Source: a virus (taxonomy: Duplodnaviria > Caudoviricetes). Taken from it: a stretch of 64,000 bases of DNA. Made by a program: the position numbers and the translations under genes. The stretch is taken from positions 25,746 to 89,745 of the IMG/VR virus record IMGVR_UViG_3300031555_001586; one strand, 5' to 3'. Shown piece after piece: positions 15,975-26,662 of the stretch (positions within the stretch are counted from its first letter, which is position 1; every line of letters begins with the position of its first letter). Below the pieces are notes generated by a model. The model worked only from the letters and a program-made list of their open reading frames with translations, had not been told where the DNA came from and made no database searches.

Positions 15975-17525
15975 TTGGGCAGAAAGAATAAGTCAAAAAC
16001 TGTAATTTACACAAAATCAGATTATAAAAATGACCAGAAAAATTTTGAAGAATCTATGAAGAATAACAGACTAGATTTAAGTTCGTTTCATAGATTAATG
16101 ACATATGACCTTTGTACTAACACTAGTGTCATTGATAATGGATGTATCGGTAACATTAGTTTAAGAGATGTGGAATTGGCACTAAAATATCCAAAACAAG
16201 GTTGGAAGATACTTCTTCGTACTTCTGAAGAACTTATGCGAATCTCACCTCATTATTATAGAATGAATAATCTTTATTCTAATATGGCTCTTTTTTGCTG
16301 GTGGATAGATTTGTATGATGTTAAAGATAATGCAAAAATTGATAGTGTAAAGAAGAGTTATTCCACTCTTGCCGCTAAGTTAGAGGGAATGAATTTAAAA
16401 CATGAGTTTTCTAAAATTATGAAGGTTATACCTTATCAAGATATTTACTGTGGATTAGTGTTTGAAAATCAATCTGATTTTTTCTTTCAACAAATTGATT
16501 ATAAAATTTGCGAGTTATATCAAATTCAAGATGGATTGTATAATTTTAGAATTAATTTAACTCAAATTGATGCAAAATATCTTAGTGCGTATCCTGACTA
16601 TGTTCAGAAAGCATTCCTTGATTTAAGAGATGGAAAAATAAATGACCGTATAAACGGTAAATGGTATACACCACCTGCTGACAAACAAATTTGTTTGAAG
16701 ATGAATCCTCAGTGGACATTTCCCTACCCAATTTTAATTGGTTTGGTCAAGGATATTTTGGATTTAGATATCTATAAGAAATTGAAGTTACAGTCTGCAA
16801 GAACAGATAATTATAAGGCTATTGCAGTTGAAGTTCCTATTGATGAAAACACCATTGATAAGCCACTGCTTACTCCTGAGACGCTTGGTATTTTTGCAGA
16901 GATTAACAGAGAAAGTATGACAGATGATATTGGAATGATTCATACTTTAGGCTCTAATGCTACTCCTATTAGCTTTAAAGATAGTAGTAATACTAGGAAT
17001 AATGTAAGCGATTCTATAGATGAAATTTATAATTCTAGTGGTCAGACAAAAGAGCTGTACAATGGTAGTTCATCGGGTACGGCAGTGACCCTTTCTATTG
17101 AGAATGATTCTGGATTTGTCTATAATTTGTACAGGCAATTTGAACGTTGGGTGAATCGTTTTATTAAGATTAGAAAATATAACAAACCAGCTTATAAATT
17201 TTATTTCTATCTTTTAGACGTTACTATATTTAATAGAGATAGTGTTTCTAGCAGATATAAGGATGCTGCGTCACTTGGAGCTTCTGTTATAGATAAGTGG
17301 CTTGCTTCTTTGGATTTAACACCTTCTCGTACGCTTGGTTCCTTCGTGTTGCATAAAGACATTTTTGATTTTCAAAATAATTTTGTGCCACTTGCATCTT
17401 CGTTTAACAGTTCTGTTGAAAGTAATAATAGCGAAGGCGGAAGACCTACAAACAAGAGTCAGAATAAAACGCTTGATGAATCTGGCGAGAAAACTGAAGA
17501 TTTGGATTCGAACATGGATAGATAA
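15975..17525 (+). CDS. Portal protein (SPbeta YonE-like position)
   Basis: 516 aa, immediately after terL and before the scaffold and capsid genes; TTG start with an RBS. Confidence 0.75.
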   Translation: MGRKNKSKTVIYTKSDYKNDQKNFEESMKNNRLDLSSFHRLMTYDLCTNTSVIDNGCIGNISLRDVELALKYPKQGWKILLRTSEELMRISPHYYRMNNLYSNMALFCWWIDLYDVKDNAKIDSVKKSYSTLAAKLEGMNLKHEFSKIMKVIPYQDIYCGLVFENQSDFFFQQIDYKICELYQIQDGLYNFRINLTQIDAKYLSAYPDYVQKAFLDLRDGKINDRINGKWYTPPADKQICLKMNPQWTFPYPILIGLVKDILDLDIYKKLKLQSARTDNYKAIAVEVPIDENTIDKPLLTPETLGIFAEINRESMTDDIGMIHTLGSNATPISFKDSSNTRNNVSDSIDEIYNSSGQTKELYNGSSSGTAVTLSIENDSGFVYNLYRQFERWVNRFIKIRKYNKPAYKFYFYLLDVTIFNRDSVSSRYKDAASLGASVIDKWLASLDLTPSRTLGSFVLHKDIFDFQNNFVPLASSFNSSVESNNSEGGRPTNKSQNKTLDESGEKTEDLDSNMDR

Positions 17526-17536
17526 GGAGGGATATT

Positions 17537-19063
17537 GTGTCAGAATCAAAAATTAAAAAATCTACACTCTCCTTCCCTGTTATGTTTGAAAAAATCAAAG
17601 ATTTTGAGGCGGAAGATGATAGATTTACTAAAGTAAAAGTATGGTTAATGCACTTGGGTAAAAACTTGAACAATAGTGCATTTGAAAAATCTGTTGTTGA
17701 TAAGGCAATTCCAACTCTGCAATACATTCCAATCATGGGATTTGTCGAGATGAACGATGATAACGAAAAGGATTTTTCAGACCATAGATACATAATTACA
17801 AAAGATGAAAAAGGTGTCAGAAGAAAGTATATGGGTACACCATATGGCGTTATAAAATCTTCTGATGATAATAATGCGCATTATGAAGAACGTCTGTGTG
17901 AAGACGGAGAAAGCAGAACATTCTTGGTTACTGAAGGTGTAATATGGAATGTTTTAGAAGATGGCGCAGAAATTTTTCAACGTGATTTAGTTAAATCACA
18001 ATCAATGGAATTATATGAGAAGTCCATTGACGGCTATGAAGACGATGATGGAGTGTTTCACTTCACCGAATTTTCATTTAGAGCGGCATGTGTTCTTGGG
18101 GATGATGTAACTCCTGCCATGACTGGCTCAACAATTGAAGTTCAGTTTGCATTGAGTGATTTTGTTAAAAATATTCAGAGTGAACTTAACGATAAATATA
18201 CAACTTTCACCAAACTGACTGAAGTGGTGAATGAAAAAACTAATGGAGGTGTAGAAATCATGGATAATACAGATTTCACTCAGACTTTGTTATCTCAGTT
18301 TGAAGACATCTCTGCAATGGTAAGACAGCATGAAACTTTTACAGATAGATGGGGCTATGAATGTGCTCGTTATTACGCTGTAGATATTCAAGAAAATGAA
18401 GTAATTGTCGTTGATGCAAAGAATAATTATAATTACTTCGGTCTTTCATTTACCATGAATGGTGATAAGGCAGAGATTGACTTTGAAACTGCGAAAAGAA
18501 AGAAGCTTCGTTATGATGACTATGTAGAAGGCGCTAATGCGCCAGAAGGCGCATTTGATTTTGGTAAGCATATTTCTGAGATTGAAGATGCTGCTTTTGC
18601 CAAGGTCGAAGAAGCTAATACAAGAGTCTCCGAGGCTGAGGGCAAAGTTTCTGAATTTGAAACTAAAGTTTCCGAACTTGAAACAGCCAAAGATGAGATT
18701 GAGACCAATTACAATCAGATTAGTGCTGAGTTCGAGGAAATGAAGCCGAAGTACGAAGATTATGTCAGAGCCGAACAAGCTCGTATTGAAGCTGAGCTTG
18801 ATGCTCAGAAGGACGCAGAATTTGCTAAGTATGAAACTGTTTTGGCTGACGATGTTAATTTCGCCGCTCTTAAGGAAAAGAAATCTGAAATGACTATTAA
18901 GGAAATTGAGAGCGAATGCGCAATTATGTATGCTAGAAAGAATCTTGCACTTAATTTCAGTAACAATAATAACGGGGCTATGACCGCTGGACTTGTCGAT
19001 AATGGCGGTGCGTCCGATGGTTTTATTCAAACCAAGTACGGTCTCGTTCGTAAATCACGATAA
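17537..19063 (+). CDS. Prohead protease/scaffolding protein (YonD-like)
   Basis: N-terminal domain with QSMEL...FSFRAACVLG, followed by an acidic coiled coil; position before the capsid genes. Confidence 0.7.
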   Translation: MSESKIKKSTLSFPVMFEKIKDFEAEDDRFTKVKVWLMHLGKNLNNSAFEKSVVDKAIPTLQYIPIMGFVEMNDDNEKDFSDHRYIITKDEKGVRRKYMGTPYGVIKSSDDNNAHYEERLCEDGESRTFLVTEGVIWNVLEDGAEIFQRDLVKSQSMELYEKSIDGYEDDDGVFHFTEFSFRAACVLGDDVTPAMTGSTIEVQFALSDFVKNIQSELNDKYTTFTKLTEVVNEKTNGGVEIMDNTDFTQTLLSQFEDISAMVRQHETFTDRWGYECARYYAVDIQENEVIVVDAKNNYNYFGLSFTMNGDKAEIDFETAKRKKLRYDDYVEGANAPEGAFDFGKHISEIEDAAFAKVEEANTRVSEAEGKVSEFETKVSELETAKDEIETNYNQISAEFEEMKPKYEDYVRAEQARIEAELDAQKDAEFAKYETVLADDVNFAALKEKKSEMTIKEIESECAIMYARKNLALNFSNNNNGAMTAGLVDNGGASDGFIQTKYGLVRKSR

Positions 19064-19087
19064 TTATTTATTTAGGAGGAATTTAAT

Positions 19088-19657
19088 ATGGCTATTGATA
19101 ATAAAGTCCATACTGTCTTTGAGTCTGTAAACATGGCTTCCACAAAATATGCCGAAAGAATTTTTGACTGTGTTTGTGAAGAAGATGTTGATAACGGTAC
19201 TTTTGGCTATATGGGTGAGCTTGTTGACCGCAACATTTATAAGTTTGTGAAGGGTACTAAGGCTGGCGAGAAGGTTCTGGTCGTCGATGTTCCTGTATGG
19301 GACGAGGATGAATCCAGTGTTCTGAATCAGCGTCGTAATCGTTTCTACATTCCTGCTGGTACTCCTTTCCGTGCTCGCATTGTTAAGATTAATGATGAGT
19401 TTGGCATTACCATCGAGGGTGTTTCCGCAGCTACTCAGGCAGTTGTTTCTGAGCAGACTGATTTTATGGCTAATGATGTGTTCCTGACCGTCGGCACTGA
19501 TGGTAAGCTTGTTGCTTCTGCTACTTCTACCGCAGATGCTGTTATGGAAGCTCGTGTTGAACGTAAGCGTATGCATGGTGCAAAGCTTATTACCCCTCTG
19601 CGCCAGTATGGTAGTGACTACTTTATGTACGAAGCCCGTATTAAGGCTACAGTTTAA
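19088..19657 (+). CDS. Probable head decoration/auxiliary capsid protein
   Basis: 189 aa between scaffold and MCP; strong codon bias. Confidence 0.55.
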   Translation: MAIDNKVHTVFESVNMASTKYAERIFDCVCEEDVDNGTFGYMGELVDRNIYKFVKGTKAGEKVLVVDVPVWDEDESSVLNQRRNRFYIPAGTPFRARIVKINDEFGITIEGVSAATQAVVSEQTDFMANDVFLTVGTDGKLVASATSTADAVMEARVERKRMHGAKLITPLRQYGSDYFMYEARIKATV

Positions 19658-19676
19658 TTTAAGGAGGTAATAGACT

Positions 19677-20705
19677 ATGGCAAATTTTGATTTTAGCGCT
19701 GAACAGAAGCGTGTATTTTCTCTTGCCGAAGACCTTGTTAGCGGCAATTATTCTCTTGAGGGTGGTCTGACCAAGAAGGACTTGGAGAATCATCTGCGTG
19801 AGACTATTAATAATGATATTTTTGGCGGTCTGAATTTTAAACAGGCTCTTCGTCGTAATAAGAATACTGTTTACGAAGTTATGGAGCAGATTACCGACAT
19901 TGTTGTTGGTGAGAATGTTCTTAAGAGCGCATTTGTTGACCAGTTCGTTGAAGTTAAGAACCGTGTGTTTAATGACCGCACTGATTGGGTGACTGAGGGC
20001 GATTCTCTGCTTACTGTCGCTTCTTTCGCTGGCAACCACTGGGATACTAACCGTCAGTACTTTGACTCTGGCGAGAAGTTCACTCTTCCCTCTGAGTGGG
20101 CATTCATCCATGTGTATATGGAGTTTGAGCGTTTTATGTTGGGCATTGACTCCTTTGATAAGCTGACCAATGCTATTACTAAGTCTTTTGAGGCTTTCAT
20201 TAATGAGCGTATTTTTGCTCAGTTCCACAACATCGCTTCTGCCGTTCCTTCCGAGTTTGTTTATAGCGGCAATGACGAGGAGACAATTTTGGCTCTTTGT
20301 GAGAAGCTGGAAGTCTTTGGCGGTTATAACAACATGATTATTTGTGGCACTCAGGCTGCTCTGCGTAAGCTGGATGGTGTCATCCCCGAAGTTATGATTA
20401 CTGAGTCTCAGAAGGAGTCTCGTGCTCTGACTGGTTCTTTTGGTGTTTGGAATGGTTATAAGCTGATGCGCATTCCGCAGGTGAAGAAGAACGACGCATT
20501 CGAGCTGGCTCTGGATAATAATAAGCTGTTTATTATTGGTGCTGATACCAAGCCCATTAAGCTTGAGTATATTGGCGATACTCGTGCAAAGATGATTGAC
20601 GATGAGCATGTTAACAATGACCTGACTCTTGACCTTCAGGTTCAGACCAAGTTTGCTTTGGCTACACTGCTTCCCAAGTACTTCGGAGTCGTCGATTTAG
20701 CTTAA
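19677..20705 (+). CDS. Major capsid protein
   Basis: 342 aa, strongest codon bias, strong AAGGAGG RBS, typical position; C-terminal segment QVQTKFALATL...FGVVDL. Confidence 0.8.
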   Translation: MANFDFSAEQKRVFSLAEDLVSGNYSLEGGLTKKDLENHLRETINNDIFGGLNFKQALRRNKNTVYEVMEQITDIVVGENVLKSAFVDQFVEVKNRVFNDRTDWVTEGDSLLTVASFAGNHWDTNRQYFDSGEKFTLPSEWAFIHVYMEFERFMLGIDSFDKLTNAITKSFEAFINERIFAQFHNIASAVPSEFVYSGNDEETILALCEKLEVFGGYNNMIICGTQAALRKLDGVIPEVMITESQKESRALTGSFGVWNGYKLMRIPQVKKNDAFELALDNNKLFIIGADTKPIKLEYIGDTRAKMIDDEHVNNDLTLDLQVQTKFALATLLPKYFGVVDLA

Positions 20706-20758
20706 TAATAAAGTTATAAAGTTATAAATATTTGGATTTTAAGAAAGGTGGTTTAGTT

Positions 20759-21313
20759 GTGGCTCAGCAAAAAAGAAACACTAAACTCACTGTTGATACA
20801 GTGGATGAAAATATAAATGTAAAAGTTGAACAAGATGTAAATGTTGAGAAGATTGTCAAGAAAGAAAAACCTCTTGATAAAGACGATGTAATTGAAGTAA
20901 TGTCCCTTATCCCGAATGTTAGCTATAAGGATAAGAAATATGGCGATATTTACAGATGGGAAAAGGCTGGTGAAATTGTTGAAATGACTTTTGATGTTAT
21001 CAACTATATGCATCAAAATCATAAGACATATTTCAAGTCAATGTGGATTAAACCTCTTGATAGTCGAGTGGTTAAGAAGTTTGGTTTGGAAGCTACTTAT
21101 CGAGATTATGACTTCTTGATGGACGCTTCTAATTATACCAGAAAGAATGTAAATGAGATTTGCGATAGTATTCGCAAAACGCCTCAGTCTCTTAAGTTTG
21201 CAATTTGCAATAAGATTAAGAGCTTGGTTTCTTCTGGTGAAATTTCTGATATTCATATTCTTCGTGAAATCGAAAAGAGTCTCAATATTGATTTAATCCC
21301 TTTGATTGGATAA
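20759..21313 (+). CDS. Hypothetical virion-assembly protein
   Basis: ORF track; likely GTG start after AAAGGTGG. Confidence 0.6.
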   Translation: MAQQKRNTKLTVDTVDENINVKVEQDVNVEKIVKKEKPLDKDDVIEVMSLIPNVSYKDKKYGDIYRWEKAGEIVEMTFDVINYMHQNHKTYFKSMWIKPLDSRVVKKFGLEATYRDYDFLMDASNYTRKNVNEICDSIRKTPQSLKFAICNKIKSLVSSGEISDIHILREIEKSLNIDLIPLIG

Positions 21314-21340
21314 GTAAAAATATGAGAGGTGGATTTAGGT

Positions 21341-21805
21341 ATGCCGACTCCATATGAAAAACTTTATGAGAATCTTTTACCTAAATTCCGTAGTTATGAA
21401 ATTCCTCTTATGTCTACCGAAGAAGTAAAAGATTATCTTCACGATTTTATTATACCAGCAACTGCAAGGTTTCATATTTGTCGAAAGGATTTAACTGATA
21501 GGGACGATATTATTCAAAGATTCAATGTCGAGTTATCCGATATTGAAATAGAGATTTTGAGTAACTATATGCTTATTGAGTATATTGACTCTGAGTATAT
21601 TAGAACGCCAAGTCTATTGAAGGTTCAATTACCTTCAAGTGACTTTAAGGCGTTCTCTCCTGCGAACTTTCTTGATAAGTTGATGGCAATGCATAAAACT
21701 TATAAGACTGAGAATGAAACCCTCCTCTCTCGTTATGCGTGGATGGGAGCTAAAGAATCAGGTGTTAAACTTGGTGCTGGATATAAGAAAAATAATAGAT
21801 TTTAA
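21341..21805 (+). CDS. Probable head-tail adaptor
   Basis: Position and size (about 154 aa), mostly helical; ATG after GAGAGGTGG. Confidence 0.55.
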   Translation: MPTPYEKLYENLLPKFRSYEIPLMSTEEVKDYLHDFIIPATARFHICRKDLTDRDDIIQRFNVELSDIEIEILSNYMLIEYIDSEYIRTPSLLKVQLPSSDFKAFSPANFLDKLMAMHKTYKTENETLLSRYAWMGAKESGVKLGAGYKKNNRF

Positions 21806-21822
21806 TAATTATTTAATGAAAG

Positions 21823-22920
21823 GTGGTGAGTCGTTTGCAGTGTTTGGATAGATTTAATAAGAGAATGTCTTATAGTGGTGGGTCTTTAAGAGAAGAGTAT
21901 ATTTTTAATACTAGAGAATTATTAAAGGAAACATTTGCAGACGACCCATCATATATAACTGGTGTGTATTTTTGGCGACTTGGTTTAAAAGAATATAGAC
22001 ATGAAAAATCTGTTAGCATTCGTTTATATGGTAGAACTTATTCTGCTGCAAATGGCGTAACTGTCAAATTTCAAACGCTTTATAATACTCCTGTTAATGT
22101 AGGAGATATTATTTATGATACAAAGGCAGATGAATATTTGATTTGTACCGAGGCATTTGATATAGACGGTATAAATTATAAGGGTAAATTTACGCTTTGT
22201 AATTGGATATTGAAGTGGCAAAACAAGGATGGAAAAATTCTTGAATATCCTTGTTATGATATGAATAGTACACAATATAACTCTGGTGAGCAATCAAATA
22301 GAAACTTTACAATTACTTCTTCGCAGCATATGATTACTCTTCCTAGCGATAAAAATACTGTTGCATTGAGTAGTCCACAAAGATTTTATCTTGATAAAAA
22401 TACAGAGAACCCTACATCATTTATTGTAACTCAGAATGATACGACCAGTCATAATTATGGCAAAAAGGGTTTGGTTAAGATTACAGTGTATGAATATCCA
22501 AATAATCCTGAAACTGATAGACCTGATTTGGGTATTTGTGATTACATCGATGTATCAAATCAAAATATGATTGAAACTAATATATCTGATGATAATAGTA
22601 TTAACTTATTTAAAGCGTCTAAGGCGATTATTGAATATAATACAACAGTCATTAAATCTGGTGGAGATTCACAAATGTTTATTGGTAAATTCTATGATGA
22701 TAAAGGAAATGAAATTACAAACATTGTACCGCACTGGACGATAGCTTGTGATTTTTCAAAAATATTACAAGTAAAGGAATTTGAGGATGGTAGGTTGAGT
22801 ATTGGAATTGACGACGACAATTACATTGACGAAGAATTTAAACTAATTCTTTCGGCAGAAGATGATGAGAGCGGCGTTCTATCTTCTACTTTACTTATCA
22901 AAATTGAGTCACTATTGTAA
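21823..22920 (+). CDS. Probable head-closure/neck protein with a C-terminal Ig-like part
   Basis: Position and beta-rich sequence. Confidence 0.5.
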   Translation: MVSRLQCLDRFNKRMSYSGGSLREEYIFNTRELLKETFADDPSYITGVYFWRLGLKEYRHEKSVSIRLYGRTYSAANGVTVKFQTLYNTPVNVGDIIYDTKADEYLICTEAFDIDGINYKGKFTLCNWILKWQNKDGKILEYPCYDMNSTQYNSGEQSNRNFTITSSQHMITLPSDKNTVALSSPQRFYLDKNTENPTSFIVTQNDTTSHNYGKKGLVKITVYEYPNNPETDRPDLGICDYIDVSNQNMIETNISDDNSINLFKASKAIIEYNTTVIKSGGDSQMFIGKFYDDKGNEITNIVPHWTIACDFSKILQVKEFEDGRLSIGIDDDNYIDEEFKLILSAEDDESGVLSSTLLIKIESLL

Positions 22921-23435
22921 TGTCTAATAGTTCAATTGTTGGAAAAGCTAAAAATAAAATTATCAAAGAATTTATCAAAGACCCAGAAATTATAGCGGCT
23001 ATTGATAGCAGCGAAATTAAACCAAATGAACCAGAAAAACTTATCAATAAACATATTTTTAACTTTAATCAGAATCCCCACACTCTGAATATAGTTGGAA
23101 CATTTATAACGATACAGGTACATATACCTCAAAATTATTATACTGGATACCATGGCACTTCTACAATTCATGTGAAACCAACTATCGAGATATGGATTAT
23201 ATCTCATGAGAAACATATGGTTGTTGATAATGTGCCAAAAGTTACCCAAAATCGAAATGATTATTTGTCAGAATTGATTGATATGAAGATTAATAAAAGA
23301 AGTGGTTTTGGTATTGGTGAAACTAAATTGATAAGCAATGTAGAGGGCGCATTTCAAGCAGATTATTTATATAGAAAGCTAGTCTTTGAATGTTTGGATT
23401 TAAACGCTTCTATGTGTGGAAATGACGATGGGTAA
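22920..23435 (+). CDS. Probable tail terminator/completion protein
   Basis: Position; 171 aa; translationally coupled to the previous gene. Confidence 0.45.
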   Translation: MSNSSIVGKAKNKIIKEFIKDPEIIAAIDSSEIKPNEPEKLINKHIFNFNQNPHTLNIVGTFITIQVHIPQNYYTGYHGTSTIHVKPTIEIWIISHEKHMVVDNVPKVTQNRNDYLSELIDMKINKRSGFGIGETKLISNVEGAFQADYLYRKLVFECLDLNASMCGNDDG

Positions 23436-23456
23436 ATAAAATGAGGTTATGTAAAA

Positions 23457-24284
23457 ATGTTTGATATAGATGAACTAAAAATTTATAAAGGCAGTGATAT
23501 CCCTATTACTGACAAAATAATTGTCATACAACCAACAATAGACCAAATTATTGAATTTGGTGAGAAAAAATATTTTCAAGCTGTTCATACTTTGACTGGT
23601 GTTGGCGCTGATTTTAAATGGCAATTATGGGACTATTTTGGAAGAGATTATACTACGATTGACGACTTTGAATTATTTAAGCTGATGATTTGGGGAAGTC
23701 TTTCTAGTAAAAAACATATCTATAAAGAGTTGACAGAAAATCGGGAAAAATATGCCGAAGAATTGAAAAAGATATCGGAAGAGGATTTGGCTGAAATGCT
23801 GGTCAACCCTCTTTCTTTAGTATTAAAAGATATTGATTTGGCTGATTTTGAAGAATATGAATCAGACAAAAATCAAGAAACTATTTTATATGATAAAGAA
23901 CATGATATTACAATTGATAGATTTGTATATACAAGAATTGTTGATGCGGTTAGAAAAATTCATGGGTTTAAAAGGAATGGTGAGATTCCTGCAAATGAAA
24001 GAACCAAAATGGATTTGATTGAAGATGCAAGAGATGATGCTATGAGAGATTCCCAAAAACCTTATAAAAGTGTGTTAAAACCTCTTATTTCAGCTTTGGC
24101 TGTTAAGACAGGACAATTGGGAAGCGATAGTATATGGAATACAAAAATCAACATGTTCTTTGATGCTATAAAAAGAATTAACAAAATTCAGGATGCAGAA
24201 TTGTTATTGCAAGGTGCATATTCTGGATTTGCCAGTTTGAAGGGTGTGGATAAGACACGCTTAGATTGGGCTGGCGATATTTAA
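23457..24284 (+). CDS. Hypothetical tail-region protein
   Basis: ORF track, 275 aa. Confidence 0.6.
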   Translation: MFDIDELKIYKGSDIPITDKIIVIQPTIDQIIEFGEKKYFQAVHTLTGVGADFKWQLWDYFGRDYTTIDDFELFKLMIWGSLSSKKHIYKELTENREKYAEELKKISEEDLAEMLVNPLSLVLKDIDLADFEEYESDKNQETILYDKEHDITIDRFVYTRIVDAVRKIHGFKRNGEIPANERTKMDLIEDARDDAMRDSQKPYKSVLKPLISALAVKTGQLGSDSIWNTKINMFFDAIKRINKIQDAELLLQGAYSGFASLKGVDKTRLDWAGDI

Positions 24285-24333
24285 ACTTGATTGCAAGTTT
24301 TATTAAAATTAAATTTATAAAGGAGATTTTATT

Positions 24334-25146
24334 ATGGCTTTTAATAAAAACGAGGTTCTTATCGATAGAGTCAGAAGCCTGACTTGCCACGACCTTGAGA
24401 CTAAGAAGATGTTCATGAGACTGACTTCTCTGGAAGATTCTAGCCTGAACTGCACTGCTGAGGGTGAAGAGATTGTTGACGCTATCGGTGCTCTGATTAC
24501 TACTCTGTATCGTGCTAAGAAGGCCACCTTCTCTGCTTCTAACTCCCTTGTTTCTCTTGACCTTGCTGCTGCTCAGTATGGTGCTAAGAAGGAAGTTGTT
24601 GGCGAAAATGGTGTTGAGAAGATTGTTGATTATACCTATGAAATTCTGCCCGTTGTCGCTCCTGCCGAGGAAGGTCAGTCTGCTACTGTAAAGTTAGCTC
24701 ACGCTCCTATTAAGGATAGCATTAAGTGGATTTACACTATCGAGAACAATGAAATTGGCACTGCTTATGCAGTGGCTGCTGCTGCTTCCGCAACTGAGGC
24801 TGTTGTGTCTGAGGAAGGAGTTATTACTCTGCCTACTGGCGTGACTTCTGGCAAGGTTTATGTTGAGTATACTTACGAGACTGAGAACGCTGTCCGTGTG
24901 GTCAACAAGGCTTCTGAGTTCCCCACTGCTTGCAGCGTTGTTATCTATGCTTACTTCAGAGATGTCTGCAACGAGAACAAGGTTTACTCTGGCAAGATTA
25001 TTTGCCCCAAGGCTAAGCTGAATCCTGAGTCTGTTGAGATGGCTCTGACTTCCACTGGCAAGCATCCCTTCGAGTTTGTCATTAACCGTGACTATTGCGC
25101 TGAAGAGGGCGAAGATGTCCTGTTCGAGATTGTGCTGGCAGAATAA
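24334..25146 (+). CDS. Major tail (tube) protein
   Basis: 270 aa with capsid-like codon bias, strong RBS and a downstream terminator; position in the tail module. Confidence 0.7.
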   Translation: MAFNKNEVLIDRVRSLTCHDLETKKMFMRLTSLEDSSLNCTAEGEEIVDAIGALITTLYRAKKATFSASNSLVSLDLAAAQYGAKKEVVGENGVEKIVDYTYEILPVVAPAEEGQSATVKLAHAPIKDSIKWIYTIENNEIGTAYAVAAAASATEAVVSEEGVITLPTGVTSGKVYVEYTYETENAVRVVNKASEFPTACSVVIYAYFRDVCNENKVYSGKIICPKAKLNPESVEMALTSTGKHPFEFVINRDYCAEEGEDVLFEIVLAE

Positions 25147-25193
25147 TTATAATTTATAATTTAGATTATAATAATTAAAGTTATAAAAAATAT

Positions 25194-25225
25194 GAGTAGG
25201 GGTTTAAATCCCCTACTCTATTTTT
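25194..25225 (+). terminator. Intrinsic terminator
   Basis: GAGTAGGGG-tttaaat-CCCCTACTC followed by TATTTTT. Confidence 0.85.
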
Positions 25226-25240
25226 GTTTGGAGGTAAACA

Positions 25241-25630
25241 ATGGCGGCAAAAAATAATGCTACTTGCAGTATCTGTGGAAGACCGTATCATATGTGTGCT
25301 TCTTGTAAAGATTCAATGCAAGTGAATCCTTGGAAGATGTTTACCGATACATCCGAACATTACAAAGTGTTTCAGGTTGTTAAAGGTTTCAATACTGGTG
25401 TATATACCAAGGATGAGGCTAAAATTAAATTCAAAAATATTGACTTGAGTGATAAGGATTCTTTTCGACCACATATCAAACAAATTATTGATGATATTTT
25501 GTTTGAGCCTGTTGTCGAAAAGGTTGTTACTCCTAAAAAGAGAAATAAAGTTAATAAAATTGAAGCAGAAGCAATCGACGATGTTAAAATTAACGAGATT
25601 GAAGTTGTCGAAGTTGTTGAAGCAGAGTAA
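25241..25630 (+). CDS. 129-aa protein with an N-terminal CxxC...CxxC
   Basis: CSICGRPYHMCASC; GGAGG RBS. Confidence 0.75.
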   Translation: MAAKNNATCSICGRPYHMCASCKDSMQVNPWKMFTDTSEHYKVFQVVKGFNTGVYTKDEAKIKFKNIDLSDKDSFRPHIKQIIDDILFEPVVEKVVTPKKRNKVNKIEAEAIDDVKINEIEVVEVVEAE

Positions 25631-25822
25631 TCTGTTTTTTAAGTGTGTAAATAAATATTAGTTTAGATAAATGTAAAAAGGAGTATTATTTCACACTTTT
25701 ATAATTGTTATAGATAATTAGTTTAAGTTGGAAGTTAGTACTCCTTTTTTTTTACGCTTATCTAAGCTAATATTTGGAGTGCAAAAATGAATTGAAAGGT
25801 TAAATTTGAAGGTGAAAAGAAA

Positions 25823-26053
25823 ATGAAGACTATAAGTGATGTAACTGGCATTGAATATGAAATGGAAGATGTAGTCCATTTCCGAAATTTATATCAATCA
25901 AGTTTTTATATTGGTCACAATGCGAAGATTGTAGATGTGTTTACTGATAGTAAAGGAAAGTTAGTATTTGTCTTTTATCGCAATCAACATGAAGAGCTGA
26001 TTAAGTTGTGGCTTGCTAATAAGAAAGAAGATAGTGAAACAAATAAAAACTAA
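25823..26053 (+). CDS. 76-aa hypothetical protein
   Basis: ORF track; GAAGGTG RBS. Confidence 0.7.
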   Translation: MKTISDVTGIEYEMEDVVHFRNLYQSSFYIGHNAKIVDVFTDSKGKLVFVFYRNQHEELIKLWLANKKEDSETNKN

Positions 26054-26073
26054 ATTTTAAATGGTGAAAATGA

Positions 26074-26610
26074 ATGACAAAGAAAGCAACCATCAACTAT
26101 GGCAAGCGATTTGAAGAAGATTGGTCTTCCTCTCTTCCCTCTTATTGTTATGTTCACCGTCTTAGAGATTCTGCGCAATCTTATAATAACAGTAGTAAAA
26201 CCCAGTTTTCATGGGATAATGAATGTGATTTCTTTGTGTTAGACTCTCATACTCATTTATTCTATGCTATCGAGTGCAAGAGCACGAAATATAAAAGCAT
26301 TTCAGTAGAATTAAGTAAAGATGAAAAATCTAGTAAGATGATTAAATATCATCAAATTGAATCACTTAAAAAGATATCTGAATATGACGGTACTGTTGTA
26401 GGATTGATGCTTAATTTTCGTGGTGAAGATAATGACAATCAGAGATTGTATTTTATAGATATAAAAAATTTTTGTAATATGATGAAACAGATTGATAAGT
26501 CTAGTTTTAATGAGCTAGACTTATTGACTGTTGGTAGAGCTGTTAGAATACAAGGCGAGAAAAAACGTACTAGGTGGAAATGGAATCTTGAAGATTTTCT
26601 AAAGTCTTAA
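26074..26610 (+). CDS. recU: RecU-like Holliday junction resolvase (PD-(D/E)xK)
   Basis: GKRFEE...CDF...AIECKSTK...IKYHQIESL motif series. Confidence 0.75.
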   Translation: MTKKATINYGKRFEEDWSSSLPSYCYVHRLRDSAQSYNNSSKTQFSWDNECDFFVLDSHTHLFYAIECKSTKYKSISVELSKDEKSSKMIKYHQIESLKKISEYDGTVVGLMLNFRGEDNDNQRLYFIDIKNFCNMMKQIDKSSFNELDLLTVGRAVRIQGEKKRTRWKWNLEDFLKS

Positions 26611-26662
26611 TCTGCTCTTCCTCTCCCCTCCCTCAAATGAATGAAAAGAAAGGTGAAAATAC

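Noticed and set aside
18446-20609. Long antisense ORFs (18446-19030, 19064-19747, 19659-20609)
   Set aside because: They shadow the scaffold and capsid genes, whose codon bias avoids TTA/CTA/TCA and so removes reverse-strand stops. They have no RBS and no protein-like motifs.
25676-25750. AAAAAGGAGTA...TACTCCTTTTT long-loop inverted repeat as an ncRNA
   Set aside because: It has only an about 11-bp stem with an AT-rich loop, so it could be a terminator variant; support is insufficient.
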